DNA from: Candidatus Azotimanducus sp.
GTDB lineage: Bacteria > Pseudomonadota > Gammaproteobacteria > Pseudomonadales > Azotimanducaceae
Length of the DNA stretch: 64,000 bases
Reading direction: 5' to 3'
Assembly: GCA_965220185.1 (NCBI GenBank)
Contig: OZ244807.1
Coordinates: 2,578,956-2,642,955, forward strand
A program made the position numbers and the translations under genes. Below, in pieces: positions 1 through 9,334 of the stretch (positions are counted from its first letter, which is position 1; every line of letters begins with the position of its first letter). Below the pieces are notes generated by a model. It saw only the letters and a list, made by a program, of their open reading frames with translations. It was not told where the DNA came from and ran no database searches.

Positions 1-3000
1 AGCCTCCATCGTCCAACGTCCCGCCGCTTCGCTTTTCGAACGGCTCGCAAGCGGCGCCGATGCGAACAGTGCGTCGAGCCCGCCTTGCGCTCGGCTGCCA
101 TAGTCTTGGCGCAGGGTGAATGACAGCCCGCGATCTGTTGTCGGCGCTGGGTCGAAGGCAAGTGAGAAGGACAGTCCTTCATCCTTGAATCCATTGTCTT
201 CGTGCGTCAGCAGCGAGCGACCTGCCACGTCAAGGACGAGGCCGAACAGAGGTGCGCTCCAGGACAGTCCGCCGCCGAATTCAACGCCGAAACCGGTTTC
301 GGCGTCGCCGCCATCGTGACGCAGACCTGCCTCTAGGCGAGGCACGAGGCTGGCTCGATTCGCCAAGGATAGAGGCCAGCGACCCTCCAGACCGAGCCTG
401 AAACCGGTGATGGCGACATCCGACGCTGCAAGGCCGGGCGCATCTTCCGATGTCGTATGCGCCCACAGCGCATCTGAAATGACCGCCAGCGCCGGGCCTG
501 CGTCCGAAGGCGGCATGAGGTCGCCGCGCAGGCCAGCGGCGGCCATGCGCCAGTCCATATCGGCCTGATAGCGACCGCCCAAAGCAGGGGTAAGCCGCAC
601 TTCGCCCTGGCCTTGCCCAAGCGCCCCCCACACCCTGAACCGATCTGCGACCTGCATCGATGCATACGGCAGCGCGGCTGTCAATGTGGCTTCGACCTGG
701 CCATCGCCCTCGCCCTCGCCTTCGCCCACCGCCGCGCCGCTCATACGATGGTCGCCTTCGCTCGTGCTGCGCGTCACAGCGAGTCCCGCCAGATAGCGCC
801 CTTGTTGATAGTCCACTCCCAGCATCGACGTTGTCGTCTCGCCGTCGAGCGACAGGTTCGCCTCGCGGCCCGCGAAACCGCTCTGCGCCGACCGCCCCCA
901 CAGCGCTAGGCTACCCCCCCAATCGCCGCCCCTGCCCGTCAGCGTAAAGCTTGATGCGAGCAGCGCCTCGCGCAGCGTCATGCTTCGTGACTGCGCTGGC
1001 AAGGTGCTATCTGTATCTGGATATTCGCCGCCGAAAGACAGCGCATGGCCTGCGAAGCTACCCTCCATTCCAAGCTCGCGCGGCGCCTCTAGCCGCGCGG
1101 CGATGCCGGCGAGCGCCTGCTCGGCGACCGCGCGTCCGAAGCGCGCCAGGTACGCGCCCGGCAACGGATCGTCGTTGGTGATTGTTCCCACGCCCACCGC
1201 ATCGGCGATGGTGGCGCCTTGGGCGCGCGAAAGCACGAACTCGAAGGTTTCGCCGGAATCGCCGTGCGAGTCATCAAAGGCGTAGATCCAGAAATGCTGC
1301 TCGGTCTCGCCTGGCGCGAACGTCACCCACCGTGAATGATGTTGGTAGTCTTCGTTCTCGCGCGCCGACACCGGATTCGACTGCCGGGTGGCCGCCAGCA
1401 GCTTCACCGTGTCCTCGGCTGCTGGCGACAGCGTGATCGTGAACTTCATGGCCTCGCCTTCCGCCCCGATCGCATCGGAGACCGACAGCGCTGGGGCGGC
1501 TGCGGGCTCGTTTTCCTGTTGCATCGACGCCGATTGTGGCGCGCCGCCCTCTAGCGCCGTCAGCGCCGCCACCACCGGACTCCAGCGATCTGCCAAATAC
1601 TTGCCCGCATTGTCCCGCGCCTCGGCTGCCGTCATCGGCGTAAGGTCTTTGAACGCCGCATCGGTCTCGCCCAATGCCTTGAGCACCCTCTGCCAGCGTT
1701 TCACATGGGCCGGCCCGTTCCAGGTCTCCGCCGCATAGCCGCGCACATCGGCAATCAGGCTGGCATACGGATTGACGACCGGCTCGTCGTTGTCTTTCGC
1801 CACGACGCTAGCTGGGGCATCCTGCGCGGCGGAAATGCTCACACTGCACGCCTCCAAACGCTCCAGCTCCTCGCGCACTGGGCGCCAGCCAGACCATTTG
1901 CGCTCGCCCGCCCGCGCCTCTGCCGCCGTGTAAGGCGTAAGCGTCGCGTGTGTTTCTGCCCCGAAGGCAATCAGCACACGGTGCCAGTTCTCGCCGTAGC
2001 CGCGGTCCGCGCGGTGGCGGTTCGACTGCCAGTAGCCACGCACTGTGTCAACCAAGCTCGCCGAAGTCGCGGCGCAAGCGGGCGGCACGGCCTCGTCGCT
2101 CGCGCTCCTCGATTGCGCTTCTAGCAAGGTCAGTGCCGCCACCACTGGCGCCCAGCGCGTCCGATCTTGGTCGGCGTAGCCCTCAGCCTCGGTCGCGGTC
2201 ATGGCCGGGCCTTCCCCCTCGGTGCCGCTGCTCAACGCATACAGCACGCGACGCCAGCGCAGCACATGGCCCCAGCCGCGCTCGGTCTCGGAAGTGTAGT
2301 GGCGGACCTTATTGATCAGGGATGGTTCGACGATGGTGAAGCGGGTTTCGCTCAGCCCGTCTCTGGAAATGCCCGAGTTGACCGTCCTCGACAGGGTGGC
2401 AATCACGCTCTCCTCCGTCTCGTCCAGATCATCGTGCAGGAGCGTGATGTAGAAGCGGGCCAAGCTTGCGCCCGCGGTGAGCGCGGTGCCATCCGCCGCG
2501 CTGTTCGTCCGGGTGCAGCCTTCACTGTCCAATTTGGTGCGCCCGCGGTTGTGGCGGATTGAGTAGTCCGCGCCGGGCGTCGCGGTGCCGGTGAAGCACA
2601 GTCGGAACCCCCAGGCGTTCGGCAGATGCAAGCCATTGCCATCCGGCTTATAGGCAATCCGGTGAACGGTGAGCGTTCGCTGTGCGCCTTCGGCCAGCGC
2701 CTGCCCCGATACTTCGCTTCGCGACGGCGAGAACACAATGAAGTCTCGGTCGTTGATAACGGTGTTGGCTGTGACCGTGAAGCTAGAGCCACGGGCCGTG
2801 GCGTGGGGGTCCGCGCCGCCACCGACATTGCTGCCGAGGCTCGTGCGGTCGAAGCCGTTGGCGCCGGTACCATCTGGTCCCAGTTCGAACCGCAGCGTCT
2901 TGCCGCCGCTGCCGGTCGCGGCGGTCAGCACCAGCGTCGCCAAGCGAGCACCGGCACCGGCGAAGCGTAGCTGCGGCGTAGCGGTGGTGTCGCCGCTGAG

Positions 3001-5139
3001 CGCTATCCCCGCATTTAGTCCAGCGCCGGATTGCAGCACGAGAGACCAGTCGCTGGTAGTGACGTTGACACCGGACACGGCGAGCGGCACGTCGATGATC
3101 TCGCCCGCAACAAGTGCGCGACCAAGTGCGACCGTGAATACTGACGTTTCACCCTCGAACAGTGAGCCTCCGCCGGAGAGCGAGACGATCGTGGGATCGT
3201 CGTCGCGCACAGCGAGGGTGGCCGCGCTCGGCGCGCCGAGGGCGTAGCCGGAACCGGCGCTGATGCCAGTGGTGATCGACCAATCGGGTTCGTCCAGATT
3301 GTTGTCGGTTGCGGTCACGGTGTAGCTGTTGGTGGTGCTGCCGCCCGCGATGGTTGTGGCCGAGGCGCTCACGCTACCCCTCGCGGACACCGTCGGCTGG
3401 CCGTGGTCGATCGAGCCGTCCACGGGAATATCCGAAGTGACGACGATGGTGGCGGCAGCGCTCTCGTTGATGCGGGTGATACCGTTCTGCGCCGCCACTG
3501 TCAGCTCGGGCGTGTCGTCGTCGGTCACAGTCACCGTCACGCTTTCTATCGAGATGGCGTTGTAGGCGGTGTCGCTCGAGGCCGCCGTGTGGGTGATGAC
3601 CGAGCTGCGCTGATTGCCCACATCGTCGCGGCTGTTGTTGACGCCGGTGACAGTGATAGTTTGCAACACATTCCAAGCGCCGCTGCCGCTCGGCGTGAAA
3701 GTGAGCGTTTGCGTCTTGCCAGCCGAGCCTCCTGCCTTGTTGACGGTGGCCGCGCTGTCGGTGGCCGAACTGGCCGTGATGGTGACATTGTGGCTGGGCT
3801 GGGTGGCGAGCCGGACGGTGTAGGTGTCGCTGCCGCCGTTCTCGCCAACTGAGGTGCCGCCGTCCGACTCAACGATGAGCACCTCGGGCGTGTCGTCATC
3901 TTCAACCGTCACTGTGGCCGAGGCCGACGTGCCCAGGCTGTAGCCCGCGCCAGCCGTTAATGTCACTGTCACGTCGCCGTTCGCTTCGTCGGTATTGTCC
4001 GCCACAGTCGCGACGCTGTAGGCGGCCGATGCCTGTCCCGCCGCGATCGTCACGGTGCCGGCACCCTCATCGCCCGAAGCCACGAAGTCGCTGCCCGACG
4101 CATCGGCGACCGTGAGGCTCACCGCTAGCGCCGCCGTCGTCACGCCCGCGCGCGTCACCGTGAAACTCGCCGCCGTGCCTTCTGTCACCGGAGAGGTATC
4201 GCTCGCGATGGTGACGACTGGCAGGTCGTTGTCGTTGACCGTCACGGTCGCCGAGGACGGAGTGCCCACGCTGTAGCCGGTGCCGGCGGTCACGGTCACG
4301 GTCACCGCGCCGTTGGGCTCATCGGTTGTGTCGCCCACCGTCGCCACGGAATAGACTGCCGAGGCGGAACCGGCAGGAATGGTGAAGGTTTTGCCGCCTT
4401 CGTTGCTTGAGGCCACGAAATCGCGCCCGCCCGCGCTGTTCTCGGACACCGATAACTGCACCGCCAGCGCCGCCGTGGTCGCCCCCGCGCGGCTGACGGT
4501 GAAGCGCGCCGCCGCGCCTTCGGTGACTGGCGAGGCGACGCGGGCGATGGTGACCGCGGGGTCGGCGACCGCCGAGCCGTTGATGCGCAGCTTGAGGCTG
4601 GAGCGGACGATGTTGTTGGTCCACTGCGAGCCGTCCGCATTTAGCCGGAAGCGGTGCAGGTTGGCGATGCTCCAGCCGCTGGCGGCGCCGCTGTCTTCGT
4701 TCGTCGATGTGGTGACCCGCCAGTTGCCGATCCGGGTGCCGATATCGCCGGTCACGTCGAGGACGAGGAAGTACGATGTGCTGGCCGCAAGGGCGATGCC
4801 GCTGCCGGATGCCGAGAACGTCAGCACCGTGTCGGTCGTGAACGCGGTGTATGCGGGATTTTGCAAGGTGCCCACGACGGTTCCCGGCGCGCCGCTGGCG
4901 TTGGCGCGGATCGACACCGAAAAGGGGATGCCGGCGTCCAACCTGGCGAATTCGATTTCGACGCTGTTCAGCCGGTAGCCCCGGCTGTTGCCGCCGGTGG
5001 TGAATTGCTGGGCGTGGTCGATCCCGCCAAGGGAGCTGGCAATGGGGCTGGGGGATACAAAGTCCGCCTGGCCGATGTTGCTGACCAGCGCCTGCTGCGC
5101 GAGGGCGCCAGCGGGCCAGCCACACAGGACAAGCAGCAT
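1..5139 (-). CDS. Giant surface protein, paralogue of 47020..52188. It has an N-terminal beta-sandwich-like region, several Calx-beta-like repeats, three ~70-aa helical modules and an autotransporter-type C-terminal beta-barrel. The 3' end runs off the window.
   Basis: The gene is absent from the supplied track because no stop lies in the window. None of the listed minus-strand ORFs between 1 and 5165 is in the frame of ATG 5139..5137, which fits one uninterrupted frame. My translation gives PRLEAGLRHDGGDAETGFGVEFGGGLSW (about 250..345), against PRLEAGLRHDGGDAETGLGAEIGGGFAW in the 1735-aa protein. It also gives ITNDDPLPGAYLARFGRAVAEQAL (about 1100..1190) against ITNDGALPGAYLARFGRAVAEQAL, plus repeated ..TVTVNDND / TVTVEDDD / VTVTDDD repeat endings. 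The start codon is uncertain. Confidence 0.8.
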   Translation of the reverse strand, partial: MLLVLCGWPAGALAQQALVSNIGQADFVSPSPIASSLGGIDHAQQFTTGGNSRGYRLNSVEIEFARLDAGIPFSVSIRANASGAPGTVVGTLQNPAYTAFTTDTVLTFSASGSGIALAASTSYFLVLDVTGDIGTRIGNWRVTTSTNEDSGAASGWSIANLHRFRLNADGSQWTNNIVRSSLKLRINGSAVADPAVTIARVASPVTEGAAARFTVSRAGATTAALAVQLSVSENSAGGRDFVASSNEGGKTFTIPAGSASAVYSVATVGDTTDEPNGAVTVTVTAGTGYSVGTPSSATVTVNDNDLPVVTIASDTSPVTEGTAASFTVTRAGVTTAALAVSLTVADASGSDFVASGDEGAGTVTIAAGQASAAYSVATVADNTDEANGDVTVTLTAGAGYSLGTSASATVTVEDDDTPEVLIVESDGGTSVGENGGSDTYTVRLATQPSHNVTITASSATDSAATVNKAGGSAGKTQTLTFTPSGSGAWNVLQTITVTGVNNSRDDVGNQRSSVITHTAASSDTAYNAISIESVTVTVTDDDTPELTVAAQNGITRINESAAATIVVTSDIPVDGSIDHGQPTVSARGSVSASATTIAGGSTTNSYTVTATDNNLDEPDWSITTGISAGSGYALGAPSAATLAVRDDDPTIVSLSGGGSLFEGETSVFTVALGRALVAGEIIDVPLAVSGVNVTTSDWSLVLQSGAGLNAGIALSGDTTATPQLRFAGAGARLATLVLTAATGSGGKTLRFELGPDGTGANGFDRTSLGSNVGGGADPHATARGSSFTVTANTVINDRDFIVFSPSRSEVSGQALAEGAQRTLTVHRIAYKPDGNGLHLPNAWGFRLCFTGTATPGADYSIRHNRGRTKLDSEGCTRTNSAADGTALTAGASLARFYITLLHDDLDETEESVIATLSRTVNSGISRDGLSETRFTIVEPSLINKVRHYTSETERGWGHVLRWRRVLYALSSGTEGEGPAMTATEAEGYADQDRTRWAPVVAALTLLEAQSRSASDEAVPPACAATSASLVDTVRGYWQSNRHRADRGYGENWHRVLIAFGAETHATLTPYTAAEARAGERKWSGWRPVREELERLEACSVSISAAQDAPASVVAKDNDEPVVNPYASLIADVRGYAAETWNGPAHVKRWQRVLKALGETDAAFKDLTPMTAAEARDNAGKYLADRWSPVVAALTALEGGAPQSASMQQENEPAAAPALSVSDAIGAEGEAMKFTITLSPAAEDTVKLLAATRQSNPVSARENEDYQHHSRWVTFAPGETEQHFWIYAFDDSHGDSGETFEFVLSRAQGATIADAVGVGTITNDDPLPGAYLARFGRAVAEQALAGIAARLEAPRELGMEGSFAGHALSFGGEYPDTDSTLPAQSRSMTLREALLASSFTLTGRGGDWGGSLALWGRSAQSGFAGREANLSLDGETTTSMLGVDYQQGRYLAGLAVTRSTSEGDHRMSGAAVGEGEGEGDGQVEATLTAALPYASMQVADRFRVWGALGQGQGEVRLTPALGGRYQADMDWRMAAAGLRGDLMPPSDAGPALAVISDALWAHTTSEDAPGLAASDVAITGFRLGLEGRWPLSLANRASLVPRLEAGLRHDGGDAETGFGVEFGGGLSWSAPLFGLVLDVAGRSLLTHEDNGFKDEGLSFSLAFDPAPTTDRGLSFTLRQDYGSRAQGGLDALFASAPLASRSKSEAAGRWTMEA

Positions 5140-5307
5140 CGCGAGAAAGCGCTGCCAGCCGCCACGACTGGCAGGGCGAACTTCAGCGGTCGTGCATGCT
5201 GACTGCGAGCGTTGCTGATTGCTGATGTTTTTCAGTTTAAGGTCTGCGGTTATGTTGCCGATAAGAATAGTAATTCGCTAAGGAAGCTCTTGTCTGATTG
5301 AATTATG

Positions 5308-5340
5308 CTGTGGGCGCCCCGAATTCGGGGTCGCCCACAG
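5308..5340. repeat. Near-perfect hairpin in the IS 5' non-coding end
   Basis: The sequence is CTGTGGGCG-CCCCGAATTCGGGG-(T)-CGCCCACAG. A 9-bp outer stem flanks a self-complementary 14-mer, with one bulged T. Confidence 0.85.
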
Positions 5341-5469
5341 GCGGTGGCAGGACCGGGAAGCTCTCGTCCAGCATGGGACGTTATTCAGTGTGGTCACCAC
5401 CGCCTTTCCAATCGTCCTGAACAGGTAGGCGGACCGAGGGTCCGAAGACAAGAAGAGGAGAAGGAAAGC

Positions 5470-6456
5470 ATGGAACATGATACCCCGGAAGCGGCGCACA
5501 TTGGCGTCGACGTGTCGAAGGGCTGGCTGGACGCGCACGAGGTGCCGTCCGGCCGGTCATGTCGGTTCGAGAACAGCGCGGCGGGCTTCAGGGCGTTCCG
5601 GGCCTGGGTGGGCGCGGGCCCTGTGGGTCTGGTGCTGTTCGAGGCGACGGGGCCGTGCGACCGTGCGTTCCACGCGGCGCTGGGCGGCGAGCTGCCGCTG
5701 TGCCGGGTGAACGCGGCGTGGGCGCGGCACTTCAGGAAGTCGCTTGGCCGCGAGGCGAAGACGGACCGCGTGGACGCGGCGCTGCTGGCGGAGATGGCGC
5801 GGCAGCGCCGGGACCTGCGGCCGATGCCGGTGCGGCCGGAGTCGTTCCGGGCGCTGGAGGCGCTGTGGACGGCGCGCGACGCGCTGTCGCGGGACCGCGG
5901 GCGGCTGCAGGTGCGCGCCGGGCAGGAGGCGTGGCAGCCGCACCTGCGGCGGCGCAACGCGGCGCGGCTGCGGTGGATGGCCAGGGAGCTGGCGGGCATG
6001 GACGCGGAGATCGACCGCCTGCTGGCGCTCGACGGGCGCCTGACGCGCCGGCTCGAAGTGCTGTGCTCGGTGCCTGGCATCGCCCGGACGGTGGGGCTGG
6101 CGCTCGCGCTCGGCATGCCGGAGCTCGGCAGCGTCGGGGGGCGCCAGGCGGCGAGCCTCGCGGGGGTGGCCCCGTTCGCGAACGACTCCGGGGCGCGCCG
6201 CGGGCAGCGCTCGATCCGCGGCGGTCGGGGCCGCCCGCGGCGCGCGCTGTTCATGGCTGCCATGAGCGCGGCGCGGCACCATCCGGAGATGCGCAGGCTG
6301 CACGAGCGCCTGCAGGCGCGGGGCAAGCCGAAGATGGTGTCGCTGACGGCGGTGATGCGCAAGCTGCTGGTGCTGGCCAACACGCTGCTGCGGGAGGACC
6401 GCCTGTGGACGCCGGCGCCGCCGGCCGCGGGCGCACCAGCGCAGCAGCCGGCATGA
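5470..6456 (+). CDS. IS110 family transposase (DEDD/RuvC-like N-terminal domain, Transposase_20-like C-terminal domain)
   Basis: The N-terminus reads MEHDTPEAAHIGVDVSKGWLDAH..FEATG..KTDRVDAALLA. The C-terminus reads LCSVPGIARTVGLALALGMPELG...AGVAPFANDSGARRGQRSIRGGR. ATG 5470 is preceded by GAGGAGAAGGAAAGC. The track ORF starts earlier, at 5305. Confidence 0.9.
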   Translation: MEHDTPEAAHIGVDVSKGWLDAHEVPSGRSCRFENSAAGFRAFRAWVGAGPVGLVLFEATGPCDRAFHAALGGELPLCRVNAAWARHFRKSLGREAKTDRVDAALLAEMARQRRDLRPMPVRPESFRALEALWTARDALSRDRGRLQVRAGQEAWQPHLRRRNAARLRWMARELAGMDAEIDRLLALDGRLTRRLEVLCSVPGIARTVGLALALGMPELGSVGGRQAASLAGVAPFANDSGARRGQRSIRGGRGRPRRALFMAAMSAARHHPEMRRLHERLQARGKPKMVSLTAVMRKLLVLANTLLREDRLWTPAPPAAGAPAQQPA

Positions 6457-6479
6457 GCCTGCCGGAACCGCCAGCGCAC

Positions 6480-6580
6480 GCGCTCCCTGCCCTGCCGCGC
6501 CCGCAGCGCGGGATTCGGAGGCCGGAGCGTAGCGGAGGCCGGAGAATCATGCGCTGCGGGCGCGGCAGGGCAGGGAGCGC
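6480..6580. repeat. Perfect 30-bp inverted repeat with a 41-nt spacer in the IS 3' non-coding end
   Basis: GCGCTCCCTGCCCTGCCGCGCCCGCAGCGC (6480..6509) is the exact reverse complement of 6551..6580. The spacer contains GGAGGCCGGAG twice (6514..6524 and 6533..6543). Confidence 0.9.
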
Positions 6581-6710
6581 CAGGCGCCCGTTCCGGCCGC
6601 CTCCGCCAAGTTCGACAATAACTTTCTTCACATCTTTGGGGGGAGGCATGGGATATCGACAAAATCCATCCATTTGACATCATAGGTACTGAATAACAGA
6701 GCTTCCTTAG

Positions 6711-6828
6711 CGGCACATGGATGTGCCGCCGAATTCAGTGCCGCAAGGCATTGAATTCGCGAGCAAAGCTTCAATCACAATTGAAGCTTTGCGAGTCTGA
6801 ACAAGTCCAAGGACGGACTTGTTCAGAC
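6711..6828. repeat. Cluster of four consecutive palindromic (REP-like) hairpins abutting the IS right end
   Basis: H1 is CGGCACAT-GG-ATGTGCCG (6711..6728). H2 is imperfect, GCCGAATTCAGTGCC/GGCATTGAATTCGC (about 6727..6760). H3 is GCAAAGCTTCAAT-CACA-ATTGAAGCTTTGC (6763..6792). H4 is GTCTGAACAAGTCC-AAGGAC-GGACTTGTTCAGAC (6795..6828). Confidence 0.8.
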
Positions 6829-6895
6829 CATACCTTAGCAAAGCTGAGCAATCAGGTAGGATGCCTATCTTCTCTATTCTTGAAGGCTTGCGCAC

Positions 6896-7942
6896 ATGGC
6901 GACTCCAGATATTGCAAACGACCCCCGCATTGACCCGCGTCTCAAAACCCTGCTGATGAACATGCCACACATCGAGTTTGGCGATGTCGAAAGCCGCGAA
7001 GCGGCGGTCGCGGCGGCAGCGAGCGACGACGCGAAAGCGCGCAGCAACATGCTGGCCGCCTTCCTCGAGATGTTCGACAGCGAACAGATTGCGCCATCCG
7101 CCGGACTCGATATCGATACCAAGCTCGTCCGCTCCTCACCCGACGGCAACGAGATTCGCATTCAGTACATTCGTCCGCAGTCCGATGCGCCCTTGCCGTG
7201 CGTGTACTACATTCACGGCGGCGGCATGCAAGCCCTGTCCTGCTACTACGGCAACTACCGCGCCTGGGGCAAGATCATCGCCGCGCAAGGCGTCGCGGTC
7301 GCGATGGTGGACTTCAGGAACGCGCTGTCTCCTTCGTCGGTGCCAGAAGTCGCGCCCTTCCCTGCTGGTCTGAACGATTGTGTCTCCGGTCTCAGATGGG
7401 TTGTCACGAACGCGGGCAGCCTCGGCATTGACTCATCACGCATCGTCGTTGCTGGCGAGAGTGGTGGCGGCAACCTGACGCTCGCAACGAGCATGAAGCT
7501 GCTCAAAGATGGCGGCATAGGCATCGTGAGCGGTGTCTATGCCATGTGCCCCTATATTGCTGGCCGTTGGCCGCATGAGGACCATCCGTCGTCTGTTGAA
7601 AACAACGGCATCTTCTTGGATTTACACAATAACGCTGGCGCAATCATCTACGGCATCGAAGCCTTCGAGCGCGGCGACCCGCTCGCCTGGCCGGGCTTCG
7701 CAAGCGAAGATGATGTGCGTGGCCTGCCGCCGACAGTGATCAGCGTCAACGAGCTTGACCCCTTGCGCGACGAAGGCGTCGCCTTTTATCGGCTCTTGCT
7801 CGCCGCTGGCGTCCAAGCTCAGTGCCGACAAGTCATGGGCAGCATCCACGGCACTGAGATTATGCCGAGCGTCTGTCCCGAGGTGTCCAAGGAGACGGCG
7901 CGCAGCATCGCTGATTTTTGCCGCGGGGCGACCCTCGCCTGA
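6896..7942 (+). CDS. Alpha/beta hydrolase, family IV (hormone-sensitive-lipase-like) esterase/lipase
   Basis: 348-aa ORF with the oxyanion motif YYIHGGGM, the nucleophile elbow GESGGGNL and the downstream acidic motif DPLRDEG. Confidence 0.85.
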   Translation: MATPDIANDPRIDPRLKTLLMNMPHIEFGDVESREAAVAAAASDDAKARSNMLAAFLEMFDSEQIAPSAGLDIDTKLVRSSPDGNEIRIQYIRPQSDAPLPCVYYIHGGGMQALSCYYGNYRAWGKIIAAQGVAVAMVDFRNALSPSSVPEVAPFPAGLNDCVSGLRWVVTNAGSLGIDSSRIVVAGESGGGNLTLATSMKLLKDGGIGIVSGVYAMCPYIAGRWPHEDHPSSVENNGIFLDLHNNAGAIIYGIEAFERGDPLAWPGFASEDDVRGLPPTVISVNELDPLRDEGVAFYRLLLAAGVQAQCRQVMGSIHGTEIMPSVCPEVSKETARSIADFCRGATLA

Positions 7943-8235
7943 AGCGGGGGAAAGGGCTGAGAACGCCCTGTTCCGAAGCGGGAATCCGCGAAAAAGCGCG
8001 CCGGACCCCTCCTTCGGGCTTAACAAATGGAACAGCGCCTTAAGAAACTCAACTCTGCTGTCTTAACAGGGGATTGAGGTCTTGACAAAGCATCCACTCG
8101 GCACACACTTTCGGTCGTAACTCGCGTGACACAGGCAGCCGGTAATGCAATTCGAAACGGAATTAAAGACATGGGGCAGGTGCCCAGTAGCCAAAGTCAC
8201 AATCACAGAAGCAGCTTTCTCATCTGTTCTCACAT

Positions 8236-9207
8236 TCACCCAAACAATACCTGATTGAGCCAAGGCAGCCCAAACGCCAGCAGCACGCTGATAAGCAGGC
8301 CAGCGAGCGCCTTGGCCGCATCGAGCGAGACGGTCCTCAACGTGCGTTTGAACTCGGTATCTGCAAGGTACAAGGAGAGCGCGAACTCGCGTCCCGCGAG
8401 CAATCCCAAAAACACCCAGGTCGTGCTCATTGGGATATTGCTGAGTTCCTTGAACACCAGCAGCACGATCCCATAGATGAAGTCAATGATAGTGGCGGCG
8501 CGAATATCCGTGGTGTCCGTCTTTGACAGCACGATCTTCTGAATCGCGCCGCCGAAGGTATAGAAGATATAGCCCTGCATGGCGACCAAGGCAAGCACGC
8601 CGAAGGCCAGCCATTCGAGCGGAAGCTGCCGCGGCAGGTAGACGAAGATATTGGCGAGGTCCTGAATCAGCCATTGGCTCCAAAGGAACGCCGTTGAACT
8701 CCATTGGAGGAACACCCAGTATGTTGGGATGGACTCGCCCTTGGTTCGGTGGAAATACTCGGTGGCGCGGTGGAAGACCAGCCGAAACAGCACGATGGCA
8801 ACGATGAACGCCGTCAGGTAGCCAAGCGCGGACTTGGCGAGCATGGCGCCAATATTGCTGAAGGTGAAGACCGAGAGGACCAGAAACGTCGTGCTCACCG
8901 GCACACCCAAGCGCGTCAGAATCAGGAGCGCGAGGGGCGGTATCACATGCATCCAGCTGATGCCGCCATCGGGGGTCGGGAACCTTTCCAAGCGCCCGTA
9001 GGCGACATCGCCGTCATTGACCAGCCAGCCATAGGCGAGGACAGTGCAGAGAATTCCTGAGCCAAATATCCACAGCACCCACCAAGGGCGGTGGGCGTTG
9101 GATGAGAGGAAAGTGCCAAGCGTCTGAATCGAGTCGTTGGCAACAACCGCGTAAGCCGCCAGCAAGAAGCCGACGATCATGTAGATTTCGATGAGGGAAA
9201 TTGGCAC
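8236..9207 (-). CDS. Polytopic inner-membrane protein of unknown function (weak PiT/PHO4-like N-terminal motif)
   Basis: 323-aa ORF that is hydrophobic throughout, with at least 8 helix-length hydrophobic stretches. VVANDSIQTLGTF resembles the GANDvaN motif of PiT transporters only loosely. Confidence 0.65.
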   Translation of the reverse strand: MPISLIEIYMIVGFLLAAYAVVANDSIQTLGTFLSSNAHRPWWVLWIFGSGILCTVLAYGWLVNDGDVAYGRLERFPTPDGGISWMHVIPPLALLILTRLGVPVSTTFLVLSVFTFSNIGAMLAKSALGYLTAFIVAIVLFRLVFHRATEYFHRTKGESIPTYWVFLQWSSTAFLWSQWLIQDLANIFVYLPRQLPLEWLAFGVLALVAMQGYIFYTFGGAIQKIVLSKTDTTDIRAATIIDFIYGIVLLVFKELSNIPMSTTWVFLGLLAGREFALSLYLADTEFKRTLRTVSLDAAKALAGLLISVLLAFGLPWLNQVLFG

Positions 9208-9334
9208 AGAGCGAGAGTGCGACTTAACGCTTATTTTATACCGCTTGCCAGTCGTGTCCCACGAAAAAGCGGCTGATATGCAAAAGTTGACAGAATGCTA
9301 TCTCCGCCAATGCCCGATATGAGAGTCCATCACA

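Larger units (their letters stand above)
5276..6712 (+). mobile_element. IS110-family insertion sequence (IS1111-like organisation), about 1.44 kb
   Basis: A 15-nt inverted repeat, CGCTAAGGAAGCTCT at 5276..5290 and AGAGCTTCCTTAGCG at 6698..6712, brackets a single DEDD-type transposase gene. GC is about 70+% against about 58% in the flanks. The non-coding ends are 194 nt (5') and 256 nt (3'). Confidence 0.8.

Noticed and set aside
5394-6716. A 440-aa minus-strand ORF, plus other long ORFs (5559..6677 +, 5557..6303 -), overlapping the IS transposase gene
   Set aside because: These are shadow ORFs expected in DNA above 70% GC. Their translations are Arg/Ala/Pro/Ser-rich low-complexity text without motifs, whereas the plus-strand frame from 5470 is an obvious IS110 transposase.
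6707-6970. An 87-aa minus-strand ORF that reads into the IS right end. I considered it as the displaced N-terminus of the adhesin gene split by the IS.
   Set aside because: It runs through four consecutive palindromes and overlaps the esterase start. It shows no signal-peptide-like text, so the open frame is probably fortuitous. The question of the adhesin start is kept as a separate finding.
8063-8263. A Cys-rich 66-aa minus-strand ORF in the esterase/membrane-protein intergenic region
   Set aside because: It has no RBS or motif support and overlaps the 3' end of the membrane protein gene. The evidence is insufficient to call it.
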